This document shows, one piece after another, positions 10,058-19,371 of a DNA stretch of 64,000 nucleotides. The notes under the pieces are model-generated. The model saw only the letters and a program-made list of their open reading frames with translations. It made no database searches and was not told where the DNA came from. The stretch comes from Planctomycetota bacterium (GTDB lineage: Bacteria; Planctomycetota; SZUA-567; H5-PLA8). The position numbers and the translations under genes are program-made. The DNA is taken from assembly GCA_038227875.1 (NCBI GenBank), contig JBBRPR010000002.1:160001-224000 (forward strand), read 5' to 3'. Each line of letters opens with the position of its first letter. Positions within the stretch are counted from its first letter, which is position 1.

Positions 10058-10486
10058 TTATCGCTTCACCCGACCAAACTCCCAGCCTTCGCGCTTGCAG
10101 ACTACTTTCACGTGCGAATCCCATGTCGGTTCCTTTTTCGGGCGTCCGCCGACGAAGCAATCGACTACGAGGTACCGCATCGGCGTGCGGCTGGTGCTGA
10201 AGATCCGGTGCCACGTCTTCGGCGGGATGCGGACGACATCGCCGGGCTTCACAGCGAATCGCTGCAGCGACTTGCCGATCTGCAGTTCGCCGCGGCCGCT
10301 CAAGATGTAGAAAATCTGCTCGGTGTCGTCGTGCTGGTGCAAGGGCGGCGCTTCGCCTTTGCCCAGCACGGTGATGAAAACCTCCGAGGTCGCCGCGTCT
10401 TTGCGGTCGAGCACCAGGTCGTTCGTGTGCGTCGGAAAGCGGTACCGTTGCAGTGCGCTGGTTTTAAAGACGTACTTCTTTTTCAA
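10058..10486 (-). CDS. Cupin domain protein
   Basis: PPLHQHDDTEQIFYILSGRG and PGDVVRIPPKTWH cupin motifs. GGAGG precedes the TTG at 10486, which avoids overlap with the upstream gene. Confidence 0.85.
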   Translation of the reverse strand: MKKKYVFKTSALQRYRFPTHTNDLVLDRKDAATSEVFITVLGKGEAPPLHQHDDTEQIFYILSGRGELQIGKSLQRFAVKPGDVVRIPPKTWHRIFSTSRTPMRYLVVDCFVGGRPKKEPTWDSHVKVVCKREGWEFGRVKR

Positions 10487-10508
10487 GATTTCCTCCGCGA
10501 AAAATGAC

Positions 10509-11723
10509 TTACCAACCGAACGCCGAGTATGACGGGTTCCACTCTTTCTCTCCACCGCAGGCCAGCCGCCCGAGCGCCAGGGCGCCGTACGAGGTGCTGC
10601 GCAGCGAGATGAAATCGGCGGCGGTGGAGCCCTGCCGGTAGTGGGTCGCCATGTCTTCGCCGCGGAACGCGCCGGAGACTAGCGGGCGTTCGTCGCGGGT
10701 GATCTGGTGCGCGAAAAACTCCGGCGCGCGTTCGACCAGGTGCTGCAGGTAGCGCTTCTCTCCGGTCGCGCGAGCCACGTCGGCGAGGATCATCGTCAGC
10801 AGCGGCAGCGCCGAGAAGTTTTTCGGCAGCGACGGCCGCGCCAGCCACCAATCGGCGTTGGCTCGCGCCGCGTCCAGAAACGCTTTGCGTCCGGTCTGCT
10901 TGTGGAGCGCGACGAGCGTCAAGACCACGCCATCGTCGTTGTCCAATGTGCCATCGGCGGTGGACGTGTGATGCCCGCTGTTCTTCGCGCAGAGCCGGCC
11001 GTCGGGCTTGAGCAGGTACTCGAGAATATAGCCGCCCAGTTTCTCCGCCGCGGCCGTGTACTTCGCGTCGTTGGTCAGCAGCGCCAATTGCAGCAGCGGC
11101 AGCGCGCAGACGTAATCGCAGAAGCGTTCGGGCACCGTCTGCTTCGGCCACGCCTTGGTGATGAACTGCGAGGGGCTCAGACGCGGCACAACCCAGAGCG
11201 CCACTTCCGGCCAGCTGCCGTTCTCCATCATCGTCAGGAAGCGATCGAGAAACGCCTTCGCGCGGACCAACGAGACCTTGTCCCCGCAGACCAGATGATG
11301 CGCCATCAACGCCTGCGCGCACTCGATGCCATCGCGGATGCCGCAGTGATCGGAGAGCGGCGTTTCCGCCAGGAACAGGCCGTGAGCCTCCGGCGCTTCG
11401 GGGCCGAAGTATTGGATCGACTTCACATACTCCAGCGCGCAGTCAATCGCGTAGAGGTGTTCCGGCTTGCGGAAGACCGTGTACGCCGAGAGCAATCCTT
11501 GAATCATGCGCGCCGTGTTCCACGACGTGGACTGAAAGTGATCGTTCGTCGGCAGGTGAACGTGGTACGGAAAGCGCCCGGTATTCGCTGACCAGCGCGG
11601 CCACGCGTGCCGCCCCTGGTTGCGCGCGGCCCAGTCCGCGACCAGCCCCAAACCCGCGCGCGCCTTGCTTCGCACGTCCTCTCCCACTTCCAACCCCGCT
11701 TCGTTTGACCAGTTCATCGGCAT
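10509..11723 (-). CDS. Hypothetical (alpha/alpha)6-barrel protein, six-hairpin glycosidase-like
   Basis: Repeated helical hairpins with GE/DxxYL..A motifs (NDAKYTAAA, GRKAFLDAA, GEKRYLQ). Divergent from the AraC gene. Confidence 0.65.
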   Translation of the reverse strand: MPMNWSNEAGLEVGEDVRSKARAGLGLVADWAARNQGRHAWPRWSANTGRFPYHVHLPTNDHFQSTSWNTARMIQGLLSAYTVFRKPEHLYAIDCALEYVKSIQYFGPEAPEAHGLFLAETPLSDHCGIRDGIECAQALMAHHLVCGDKVSLVRAKAFLDRFLTMMENGSWPEVALWVVPRLSPSQFITKAWPKQTVPERFCDYVCALPLLQLALLTNDAKYTAAAEKLGGYILEYLLKPDGRLCAKNSGHHTSTADGTLDNDDGVVLTLVALHKQTGRKAFLDAARANADWWLARPSLPKNFSALPLLTMILADVARATGEKRYLQHLVERAPEFFAHQITRDERPLVSGAFRGEDMATHYRQGSTAADFISLRSTSYGALALGRLACGGEKEWNPSYSAFGW

Positions 11724-11846
11724 CTCCAGTTTTGAATTTTTAATGCAGCAAGCCCATTTGCATAAAATACACCGTTCAGACCGATCTGGCTTTGGACTGG
11801 AGCCGCTTCATTTGCACTTTTGACGACTCCGCTCCGGCATTAGACT

Positions 11847-12749
11847 GTGTTCATGACTCACCCACGGCTGGCGAAGTCGGTTCGTTATGTGCGGTTGCCC
11901 AAAGGCATCGCGACCTGTTCGGGAGCCTTCGATCATTATGTCTGGGATTGGCCGGAGCCGCGGCGCATGCTCTTTCCGGATTTTGATCTCTTCTTCATCA
12001 CCGCCGGCAGCATGGCCATCGTCTGGCCCGACGGTCAGCGCTTCGTGGCGAAGACCGGCACGTTCGCGCTGATTCCGCCGCTGGTTCCCGTGCGCATTTC
12101 ACGCGGCGCGGCGACGTTGAAGTACTGGTTCTGTCACTTCAATTTCCGCGTCGGCCCCGGGTCGTACTCCGAACGGATGGAGCGCGATTTCAGCGGTCCG
12201 GCGCCGGACGTGAACGTGCCGTTCCTGTTTTCAGCCGCTCAAGCGCCGGAAGTTCACCGCGCCCACCGCGCGCTGACGCGCCTGCGCTTCGACGCTCCCG
12301 CTCCGCCCTGGCGCTACGAGGCCGCACTGCTGCGCCTGGTCGGCGAGCTCAACTACTTCGGCTGGAAGAACGCGACGCAAGCCGCCGCCGTCGCCCCGGC
12401 CGCGACCGTGCAGGATGCGCGTCTGACCGCCGTGCTCCAGAAAATTCACACCGAACCCGAGCGCCCGTGGACGGTCACTGAACTCGCCGCCAGTGTCGGC
12501 CTTTCGACCGATCGGCTGAACATGATCGCCCGCAGACTGACCAACCGCAGCGTCAAGGAGCTGCAGATCCGCGCCCGCTTCGAGCTGGCCTTCACGCTCC
12601 TGCGCCAGCGCCCGCACGGCGAAACCCCTTCGATCAAGGAAGTCAGCGCGCAATGCGGTTTCAGCTCGCAGCACTTTTTCTGCCGCCAGTTCAAGCAGTA
12701 CTTTCAGATAACGCCGTCGGAGTTCAGGGATGGAGTGGTAGGGACGTGA
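11847..12749 (+). CDS. AraC-family transcriptional regulator
   Basis: Cupin-like N-domain, WTVTELAASVGLS and SIKEVSAQCGFSSQHFFCRQFK...TPSEFR. Confidence 0.9.
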   Translation: MFMTHPRLAKSVRYVRLPKGIATCSGAFDHYVWDWPEPRRMLFPDFDLFFITAGSMAIVWPDGQRFVAKTGTFALIPPLVPVRISRGAATLKYWFCHFNFRVGPGSYSERMERDFSGPAPDVNVPFLFSAAQAPEVHRAHRALTRLRFDAPAPPWRYEAALLRLVGELNYFGWKNATQAAAVAPAATVQDARLTAVLQKIHTEPERPWTVTELAASVGLSTDRLNMIARRLTNRSVKELQIRARFELAFTLLRQRPHGETPSIKEVSAQCGFSSQHFFCRQFKQYFQITPSEFRDGVVGT

Positions 12750-12761
12750 TCGTCGTTTCCA

Positions 12762-12849
12762 TTTGTCCCGATGTGACAACGGAGCTTAGCCGGGGGCCGG
12801 CCTGAAGGGCCGAGCCCCCGGTGAAGCTCCACTGTCCCTTCGGGACAAA
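12762..12849. repeat. Long imperfect inverted repeat (REP-like / bidirectional terminator) between convergent araC and pdhC
   Basis: tttgtcccgatgtgacaacggagcttagccggggg pairs with cccccggtgaagctccactgtcccttcgggacaaa. Confidence 0.7.
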
Positions 12850-12871
12850 AGGCAGTCTAAAGCAATTTCGA

Positions 12872-14143
12872 CTACAGCAACATCTTGGCCGGATTTTCCA
12901 AGAGCCCCGTCAACGTCTTCATAAACACAGCCGCAACCGCGCCGTCGATCACGCGGTGGTCGCAGGAGAGCGTAATGCCCATCACGTTGCCGACGACAAT
13001 CTGTCCGGCCGCGTTGACGACAGGCTTCTTCTTCACGCCGCCGACGGCCAGGATCGCTGCTTCGGGCGGGTTGATGATCGCGAAGAAATGATCGACGCCG
13101 AACATGCCGAGATTGGAAATCGTGAAGCCGGAGCCCTGCAGATCTTCGGCGCGCAGCTTCTTTTCCTTGGTCTTCTTCGCCAAGTCTTTGATGCCTGCAG
13201 AAATGCCGCTCAGGTTGAGCCGGTCGACGTTGCGCAGCACCGGTGTGTAGAGTCCATCTTCGGTCGCGATCGCGATGGCGATGTTGACGTCGCCGTGGCG
13301 GTGAATCTTTGTCGTCTGGAACGTCGCGTTCACTTCCGGATGGCGGCGCAGCGCCGTCGCGACAACTTTGGTCACCAAATCGTTGACGCTGATCTTCACG
13401 CCGGTCTCTTCCGCCGACGCATTCAGTTCTTCGCGCAAAGCCATCAGGCGATCGACAGTGACTTCCGCGACCATGTACCAATGCGGCAGTTCCTGTTTGC
13501 TCTGGAGCAGGCGGCGCGCGATGGTCTGGCGCAGATTGCTGAGCGGAATGTCCACGCCCACGCCGGGAGGACCGTACGATGCAGCAGCCGAAGCGGCGGT
13601 CGCCGCGGGTGCCGGTGCGCTGGTTGGCACGTCGCGTTCAATGATCCGTCCCGCAGGACCGGTGCCCGCGATGCCCTGCAGATCGACGCCGCGTTCCTTG
13701 GCGACTTTCTTCGCGAGGGGACTGGCCTTGATCCGTCCGCCGTTGGTGTGCACTGCTGGCGCTTCCACGACCGCAACAGCAGTCGCCGCAACCGGAGGAG
13801 GCGTCGAAGCGCCGACGGCCTTCGCCGCAGGAGCCGCAGCCGCCGCTTTCGCGGGCGCAGCAGCGGGAGCCGACGCGCCGGCGAGAATCTTGGAGATGTC
13901 TTCGCCCGGCTTGCCGATCACCGCGACCAGGTCGTCGACCTTCACCGTCTGGCCTTCGCCAACGAGCACCTTCAGCAGCACGCCTTCGTCAAACGTTTCC
14001 AGCGGCATGCTGGCCTTGTCGGTCTCGACTTCCGCGAGCTGATCGCCCGAGGAAATCTTGGCGCCCTCTTTCACCAGCCACCGGTTGATCGTCCCCGTTT
14101 CCATCGTCGGAGAAAGCTTCGCCATGCGTACTTCTGTTGCCAT
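12872..14143 (-). CDS. pdhC: Pyruvate dehydrogenase E2, dihydrolipoamide acetyltransferase
   Basis: One lipoyl domain (VETDKA), E3-binding domain (IKASPLAKK) and catalytic DHRVIDG. Confidence 0.95.
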   Translation of the reverse strand: MATEVRMAKLSPTMETGTINRWLVKEGAKISSGDQLAEVETDKASMPLETFDEGVLLKVLVGEGQTVKVDDLVAVIGKPGEDISKILAGASAPAAAPAKAAAAAPAAKAVGASTPPPVAATAVAVVEAPAVHTNGGRIKASPLAKKVAKERGVDLQGIAGTGPAGRIIERDVPTSAPAPAATAASAAASYGPPGVGVDIPLSNLRQTIARRLLQSKQELPHWYMVAEVTVDRLMALREELNASAEETGVKISVNDLVTKVVATALRRHPEVNATFQTTKIHRHGDVNIAIAIATEDGLYTPVLRNVDRLNLSGISAGIKDLAKKTKEKKLRAEDLQGSGFTISNLGMFGVDHFFAIINPPEAAILAVGGVKKKPVVNAAGQIVVGNVMGITLSCDHRVIDGAVAAVFMKTLTGLLENPAKMLL

Positions 14144-14286
14144 TCTTAAATCCTTTAGTCTCTAAAAAAACCACCCCACCGCACGGCGCTCAATCCCGCA
14201 CGCGCCCATCCCCACCTCTGACCCCGTTGGCTCGCTCGCGGCTGTTTGCGAGCGAACTGACCCCTCGCGCTTTAGCGCGCGTAGCG

Positions 14287-15264
14287 CTACGCGTAGCAAA
14301 CTTTCTTCACCGCTGCCAGCACTCGTTCCGTGTTCGGCAGCACTGCATGCTCGAGCTTCGAGGCGTAGGGCATTGGCACGTCCAGCGAGGCCACGCGCAC
14401 GATCGGTGAATCCAATTCGTCGAAGCATTCGGAGTAAATCGACTCGGCGATCTGCGCGCCGACGCCGCCCCAGTACCAGTCTTCTTCCACGATTACGACG
14501 CGGTGCGTCTTGGCCACGCTCGCCTTGATCGTTTCGATGTCGAACGGACGGAGCGTGCGCGGGTCGATCACTTCCGGTTCAATCCCCGCCGCCACGAGCT
14601 GCTCGACGGCGCTCATCGCCGTGTGCCGCGCACGCGAATGAGCCACGATCGTCACGTCCTTGCCGGTGCGCACCACATCGGCCTTGCCGAACGGCACGAG
14701 GTGTTCGCCTTCGGGGACTTCGCCCTTGAACTTATAGAGCACTTCGCTTTCGATGAAGATGATGGGGTCTTCGTCGCGGATGGCCGTCTTGAGCAGCCCC
14801 TTCGCGTCGGCCGGCGTCGCCGGCATCACGACTTTCAGTCCCGGAATGTGCATGTACAGCGCTTCGAGCGACTGGGAATGCTGCGCGCCGAGCTTGCCGG
14901 CCGCGCCGCCGGGTCCGCGGATCACCATCGGAACTTTGAAATGTCCACCGGACATGTAAAGCGTCTTAGCCGCGTTGGAGATGATCTGGTCGATGGCGAC
15001 GAGCGAGAAATTCCACGTCATCATTTCGATCACGGGTTTCAGGCCGTTCATCGCCGCGCCGACGCCGATGCCCGCGAAGCCGTTCTCGGAGATCGGCGTA
15101 TCGATCACGCGCCGCGGTCCGAAGCGCTGCAGCAAGCCCTTGGAGACTTTGTACGCGCCATCGTACTCCGCGACTTCCTCACCCATCAGGAAGACACGGT
15201 CGTCGCGTTCCATTTCCTCTGCAATGGCCTGGTTGAGCGCTTCACGGTACTCGATCAGTTGCAT
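14287..15264 (-). CDS. pdhB: Pyruvate dehydrogenase E1 beta subunit
   Basis: YREALNQAIAEEM, DTPISENGF, AQHSQ. Confidence 0.95.
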   Translation of the reverse strand: MQLIEYREALNQAIAEEMERDDRVFLMGEEVAEYDGAYKVSKGLLQRFGPRRVIDTPISENGFAGIGVGAAMNGLKPVIEMMTWNFSLVAIDQIISNAAKTLYMSGGHFKVPMVIRGPGGAAGKLGAQHSQSLEALYMHIPGLKVVMPATPADAKGLLKTAIRDEDPIIFIESEVLYKFKGEVPEGEHLVPFGKADVVRTGKDVTIVAHSRARHTAMSAVEQLVAAGIEPEVIDPRTLRPFDIETIKASVAKTHRVVIVEEDWYWGGVGAQIAESIYSECFDELDSPIVRVASLDVPMPYASKLEHAVLPNTERVLAAVKKVCYA

Positions 15265-15426
15265 GTTTGCTTTCCGTTCCAGTATCTCAAAAGATCCCTC
15301 GCCCTCCCCCTCGGAGAGCAAGACCGTACACGGAGGCAGTCTGCCTACTTGCCTTCTGCCACCCACGCGCGACGCGCCCGGTCCTGTACGCGCCCGTCCC
15401 CAACTCTGACCCCTGGCCCCTCGCCC

Positions 15427-16497
15427 TTAGAACTCAACGCGCGGCAGCAAGCTCTTGTCCCACGGATTGGCATACACGTCCGTTTCGAGTTCGTGCAGTT
15501 CCGGTTCCGGGGAGGCGTGCGAGAACTCCACCGACTTCGCTGCTTCCGCCTTCGCGTCGTCGTCGATCTGCTGCAGCTTTGCTGCGTCGTAGCCGCGTTC
15601 CATCAGGTCGGCCTTCAGCATCAGGATGGGGTCGTTCTTCTTCTCGCCTTCGATCTCTTCGCGCGTGCGGTACTTTTCCGGATCGGACATCGAGTGTCCG
15701 CGGTAGCGATAGGTCTTGGCTTCCAGCAGGGTGGGGGCGTTGAGCGACTTGGCCATGCTCACGGCCGCGGACGTCTTCTCGACCACGTCGAGCACATCCA
15801 TGCCGTTGCAGGTCACGCCGGCCATGTTGTACGAGGCCGCGCGCTGATGCAGTTCAATGATCGCACTGGAACGTTCCACCGACGTGCCCATGCCGTAGCG
15901 GTTGTTCTCGATGATGAAAATCACCGGCAGGCGCCACAGTCCGGCGATGTTCATCGCTTCGTGGACCGCGCCCTGCTGTGCCGCACCGTCGCCGAAGAAC
16001 ACCAGCGTGCACTTCTTTTCGTTGCGGTACTTTTGAGCGAACGCCGATCCGGTCGCGACGGGGACGTGGCTGCCGACGATGCCGTTGCCGCCCATCATCC
16101 CTTTTTCTTTGTCGAAGAAGTGCATCGAGCCGCCCTTGCCCTTGCTGCAGCCGGTGGCTTTTCCAAAGAGCTCCGCCATCAGCGAATCGGCCGTCAGGCC
16201 CATCGCCAGCGCATGGCCGTGATCGCGGTACGCCGTCAGCACCTTGTCGCCTTTTTCAAGGCAGGAGAGCGCGCCGACGCAGACGGCTTCCTGTCCAATA
16301 TAAAGGTGGCAGAAGCCGCCGATGGCCTGTTTCTGGTACTGAACCAGCGCCGCTTCTTCAAAGCGGCGGATGCGCAGCATCATGGAATAAAGCTCCAGCA
16401 TCTTTTCCGTGCTGGTCACTCGCTTCGAGGCATGCGCCACGCCGTTTTCGTCGGCACGGGCCATCTTTTTGGAAATCGTATTTGCGTCGCTCTTCAC
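15427..16497 (-). CDS. pdhA: Pyruvate dehydrogenase E1 alpha subunit
   Basis: GFCHLYIGQEA, GKGGSMH, the GDGA...ENN TPP motif and YRYRGHSMSDP. Confidence 0.95.
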   Translation of the reverse strand: MKSDANTISKKMARADENGVAHASKRVTSTEKMLELYSMMLRIRRFEEAALVQYQKQAIGGFCHLYIGQEAVCVGALSCLEKGDKVLTAYRDHGHALAMGLTADSLMAELFGKATGCSKGKGGSMHFFDKEKGMMGGNGIVGSHVPVATGSAFAQKYRNEKKCTLVFFGDGAAQQGAVHEAMNIAGLWRLPVIFIIENNRYGMGTSVERSSAIIELHQRAASYNMAGVTCNGMDVLDVVEKTSAAVSMAKSLNAPTLLEAKTYRYRGHSMSDPEKYRTREEIEGEKKNDPILMLKADLMERGYDAAKLQQIDDDAKAEAAKSVEFSHASPEPELHELETDVYANPWDKSLLPRVEF

Positions 16498-16674
16498 GGT
16501 CTTTTCTCCCCCAATCTACGTTGCGTAGATCGTTAAATCTGTGTTTTGCAGCGATAGGTCAGAGCGCGAGACGATCACCGGCTTCAAAACCTGCGGCTAC
16601 AACAAGGGTCCAATTGCAGGGTCCATCTTAACTTGCATCAATGGTAATCAAACAATATGCTTCCTATTGCGTTG

Positions 16675-16689
16675 ATAACAATTCCTTAT
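16675..16689. promoter_or_regulatory. LysR-type T-N11-A dyad between divergent pdhA and lysR
   Basis: ATAA-caattcc-TTAT just upstream of the LysR start codon. Confidence 0.55.
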
Positions 16690-16704
16690 GGATAGTGTAA
16701 TGCC

Positions 16705-17604
16705 ATGGACATCCATCAGTTACGGTACTTCGCTGAGGTCGCGAAGATTAAAAATTTTACGCGCGCGGCGGAAAACTGCCATGTCGCTCAGCCGGCGTTG
16801 AGTCAACAGATTCGCAAACTCGAACAATTGCTCGACCTCAAGCTGCTCAAACGCCTGCCCCGCGGCGCCGAATTGACCTCAGAAGGTGAAGTTCTGCTGC
16901 CGTATGTTCTCAAGGTTTTACACGCCGTCAAGGAAAGCGAACAGGTCGCCGCCGAGCTCCGCGGCCTGTCGCGCGGCTCGGTGAAAATCCTTAGCCTCCC
17001 GTCCGCGTGCGTCTATCTGCTGCCGCCAAAAATCGCCGCCTTCCGCCGCGACCACCCCGGCATCGACATCATCCTCGAAGAAAAAATCGCCACCGACATC
17101 CCCGAGCACGTCCTCAACGGCGACTTCGACCTCGGCGTCACGCAAACGGTCACGCCCGTCACTGGCATGACGCGCGCGCTGATTCACGAGGAAGATCTGC
17201 TCCTGGCCGTGCCCCAAGGCCACGCGCTCTCGCACAAGACCGAATGCGATCTGGCTGAAGCCGCCAACGAACCGTTCGTCTGCACGAAACTGAAAACCGA
17301 ATTCCGCAACCTCGCCGTCGATCTCTGCCGCCGCGCCGGTTTCGAAATGCACGCCGCGTTCGAAGCCGATCATTTCGATTCGCTGCAGGCGTACTGCGCC
17401 GTCGGCATGGGCGTGGCGCTGATCCCGAGCTCCGTGGTCCTGAAAACCCTGACCCCGCGCCCGCACTATCTAAAAATCACGCGCCCCAACGCCAAGCGCC
17501 GCGTCTGGGTCCTCTGGCCCGAAGACGGTCTGCGCAACAAAGCCGCCGAAGCCATGGTCCCGTACCTCACCGGCCACGCCGAAGACGGAAGACCGCGGCG
17601 GTAA
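16705..17604 (+). CDS. LysR-family transcriptional regulator
   Basis: MDIHQLRYF...NFTRAAENCHVAQPALSQQIRKLE HTH plus substrate-binding domain. Confidence 0.95.
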   Translation: MDIHQLRYFAEVAKIKNFTRAAENCHVAQPALSQQIRKLEQLLDLKLLKRLPRGAELTSEGEVLLPYVLKVLHAVKESEQVAAELRGLSRGSVKILSLPSACVYLLPPKIAAFRRDHPGIDIILEEKIATDIPEHVLNGDFDLGVTQTVTPVTGMTRALIHEEDLLLAVPQGHALSHKTECDLAEAANEPFVCTKLKTEFRNLAVDLCRRAGFEMHAAFEADHFDSLQAYCAVGMGVALIPSSVVLKTLTPRPHYLKITRPNAKRRVWVLWPEDGLRNKAAEAMVPYLTGHAEDGRPRR

Positions 17605-17640
17605 ATCCCGTCTCCCTTACTTAAGAGGCCGTGCGAACGC

Positions 17641-17817
17641 TTGCGATACCTTGAGGTTGGCAACTGGGACTGGATTGGCAAAGGTATGCTTGAAGACGTA
17701 GCAGTCGCCGTGCTGATTCTCGTCGCCTCCGCCATCATGATGGAGATGCTCCACGCGCCGCCCGGCCTGCCATCGCCTTGGCTGACACTGCGACGTCGAG
17801 TGAGGCGCAAGGCATGA
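17641..17817 (+). pseudogene. C-terminal remnant of a two-TM 'RIHLSTA'-family gene
   Basis: Reads ...GNWDWIGKGMLEDVAVAVLILVASAIMMEMLH...RRKA*, resembling the C-terminal TM of the adjacent paralogues. Its stop overlaps the next ATG (ATGA). Confidence 0.4.
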
Positions 17818-18320
17818 ACGACTCGGTTGTGAAGCGCCGCGTCTGGCGCATTCACCTTAGCAGCGCGCTGTTGATGACGCTGGCGGCAGGGGCTTTGGTG
17901 GGCATGAATATACGCCAACAACCGTCGGCCGAGATTCACACCCGGCTTAGCGGAGGCAGAAACCCGTGGCAAATCGCGTCCGAAAATCTCTACACTATTG
18001 GCTGGCCAACGCCGTGTCTTGAGATCCACAAGCAAGGCGGATCGCTCTGGGATGAATTGAAACTGAGATACCACGTTGAGCAATGGAGACTCGGCTATGC
18101 TAAGATACTTCCACCATTGGATGACGTGGAAACAGACATATCGGCACGAGGTACTGCGATTTTTGTGCCACCGCCATCTCCGAAACCGTCAACTTTTCAG
18201 TACGGATGGCTTTGGGTCCGCGCCCTCACCCCGCTAGGCATTGATGTGCTCGTCGGCTTCGCCGCAATGCTCCTCGTCGCCATCCCCAACGAATGGCGCA
18301 TCCGGCGGAAACACGCATGA
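17814..18320 (+). CDS. Two-TM membrane protein, 'RIHLS[ST]A' family
   Basis: KRRVWRIHLSSALLMTLAAGALVGMN...GWP...GIDVLVGFAAMLLVAIPNEWRIRR. Confidence 0.75.
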   Translation: MNDSVVKRRVWRIHLSSALLMTLAAGALVGMNIRQQPSAEIHTRLSGGRNPWQIASENLYTIGWPTPCLEIHKQGGSLWDELKLRYHVEQWRLGYAKILPPLDDVETDISARGTAIFVPPPSPKPSTFQYGWLWVRALTPLGIDVLVGFAAMLLVAIPNEWRIRRKHA

Positions 18321-19291
18321 ACTTTGACGATAAATTGGATCGCAGCACGCCCTGCGTGATCCCCGCCACGGAACTCCTCGCCGACGCGCTGAAGCCGTTC
18401 CTGCAGGGACGAAGCGTGACGCGCTTTGAACCGCTGCCGGGCGGATTCGTCAACGTGAATCTCAAGTTCCAGCTCGGCGACACACCGCTGGTCTTGCGCC
18501 TCTCCACAAAGCCGCGCGGGGAAGTCGAAGCCGAAATGGCCGTGATGCAACGCCTTGCTCCAGATGTTCCGATTCCGAAAATTCTGTACTCGGACCTCGA
18601 CCATCCCGTCGTCGGCAGGCACCTGCTGGTTCTCGAATTCATGGACGGCCAGCCGCTCCATCAGGTCGAAGACGCATGGGAGCGCGCGCAGGTCGAAGCC
18701 TTCGCGCGGGAATTGGGCGCGACGCTGGCGGCGATCCATCGCCACGAACTGCCGCAGGCGGGATTGCTGGGACCACACTTAAGTATCGCGGTGCCGTTTC
18801 CCAAATTTGGATCCGCGCTGGTCGCGCAGATGCGCGTGTGCCTGGATGCGGCCGAACAGAAGCGTGGCGTAACCGCAGACGAAGCCGCGCGTATTCGCGC
18901 ATTCATCAACCAGAACGCCGGACTGCTGGAGCCCATCGAGCAGGACCGGCGCATCGTTCACGCCGATTTCAACCAGAAGAATATTCTCGTGCGGCCAACA
19001 GCTCGCGGGTGCACGGTGAGCGCCATTCTGGATTGGGAATTCGCCTGCTCGGGAAGCCCGCTGCTCGACTTCGGCAATTTCTTTCGCTTCGAAGACGAAA
19101 TGCCGGCCGGTTACCAACCGGCGCTGGTGGAGGGCTACCGAGCCGCCGGAGGCACGCTGCCCGACGACTGGCGCCGCATGGCGAAATTCACGGACCTGGT
19201 TAATCAGTTGCAGTTTCTGGCCGAAACGGATCGGCAATCGCGAACCTTTGCCACGGCGCTGAGGGTGATCCGGCGCACGTTGGACGCGTAA
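18317..19291 (+). CDS. Aminoglycoside phosphotransferase (APH)/kinase-like protein
   Basis: LPGGFVN loop, HADFNQKNIL catalytic loop and ILDWE. Translationally coupled (ATGA) to the upstream gene. Confidence 0.9.
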   Translation: MNFDDKLDRSTPCVIPATELLADALKPFLQGRSVTRFEPLPGGFVNVNLKFQLGDTPLVLRLSTKPRGEVEAEMAVMQRLAPDVPIPKILYSDLDHPVVGRHLLVLEFMDGQPLHQVEDAWERAQVEAFARELGATLAAIHRHELPQAGLLGPHLSIAVPFPKFGSALVAQMRVCLDAAEQKRGVTADEAARIRAFINQNAGLLEPIEQDRRIVHADFNQKNILVRPTARGCTVSAILDWEFACSGSPLLDFGNFFRFEDEMPAGYQPALVEGYRAAGGTLPDDWRRMAKFTDLVNQLQFLAETDRQSRTFATALRVIRRTLDA

Positions 19292-19371
19292 TGCTCAACG
19301 GGGAAAAGTCATGAAGCTGGCCGATCGGTCAACGTCCAACGCATATTCGGATTCCGAACCGAGGGTGACCC

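Noticed and set aside
7507..10200. 897-aa plus-strand ORF (and similar long ORFs at 14503-16536, 20094-22226, 29759-31252, 48780-50210, 59574-61091)
   Set aside because: These are antisense shadows of well-supported genes, expected in high-GC DNA, and translate to Arg-rich sequence with no motifs.
18317..19291. Bona fide aminoglycoside resistance gene
   Set aside because: Only the general APH/kinase fold motifs are visible; substrate cannot be inferred and there is no mobile resistance context.
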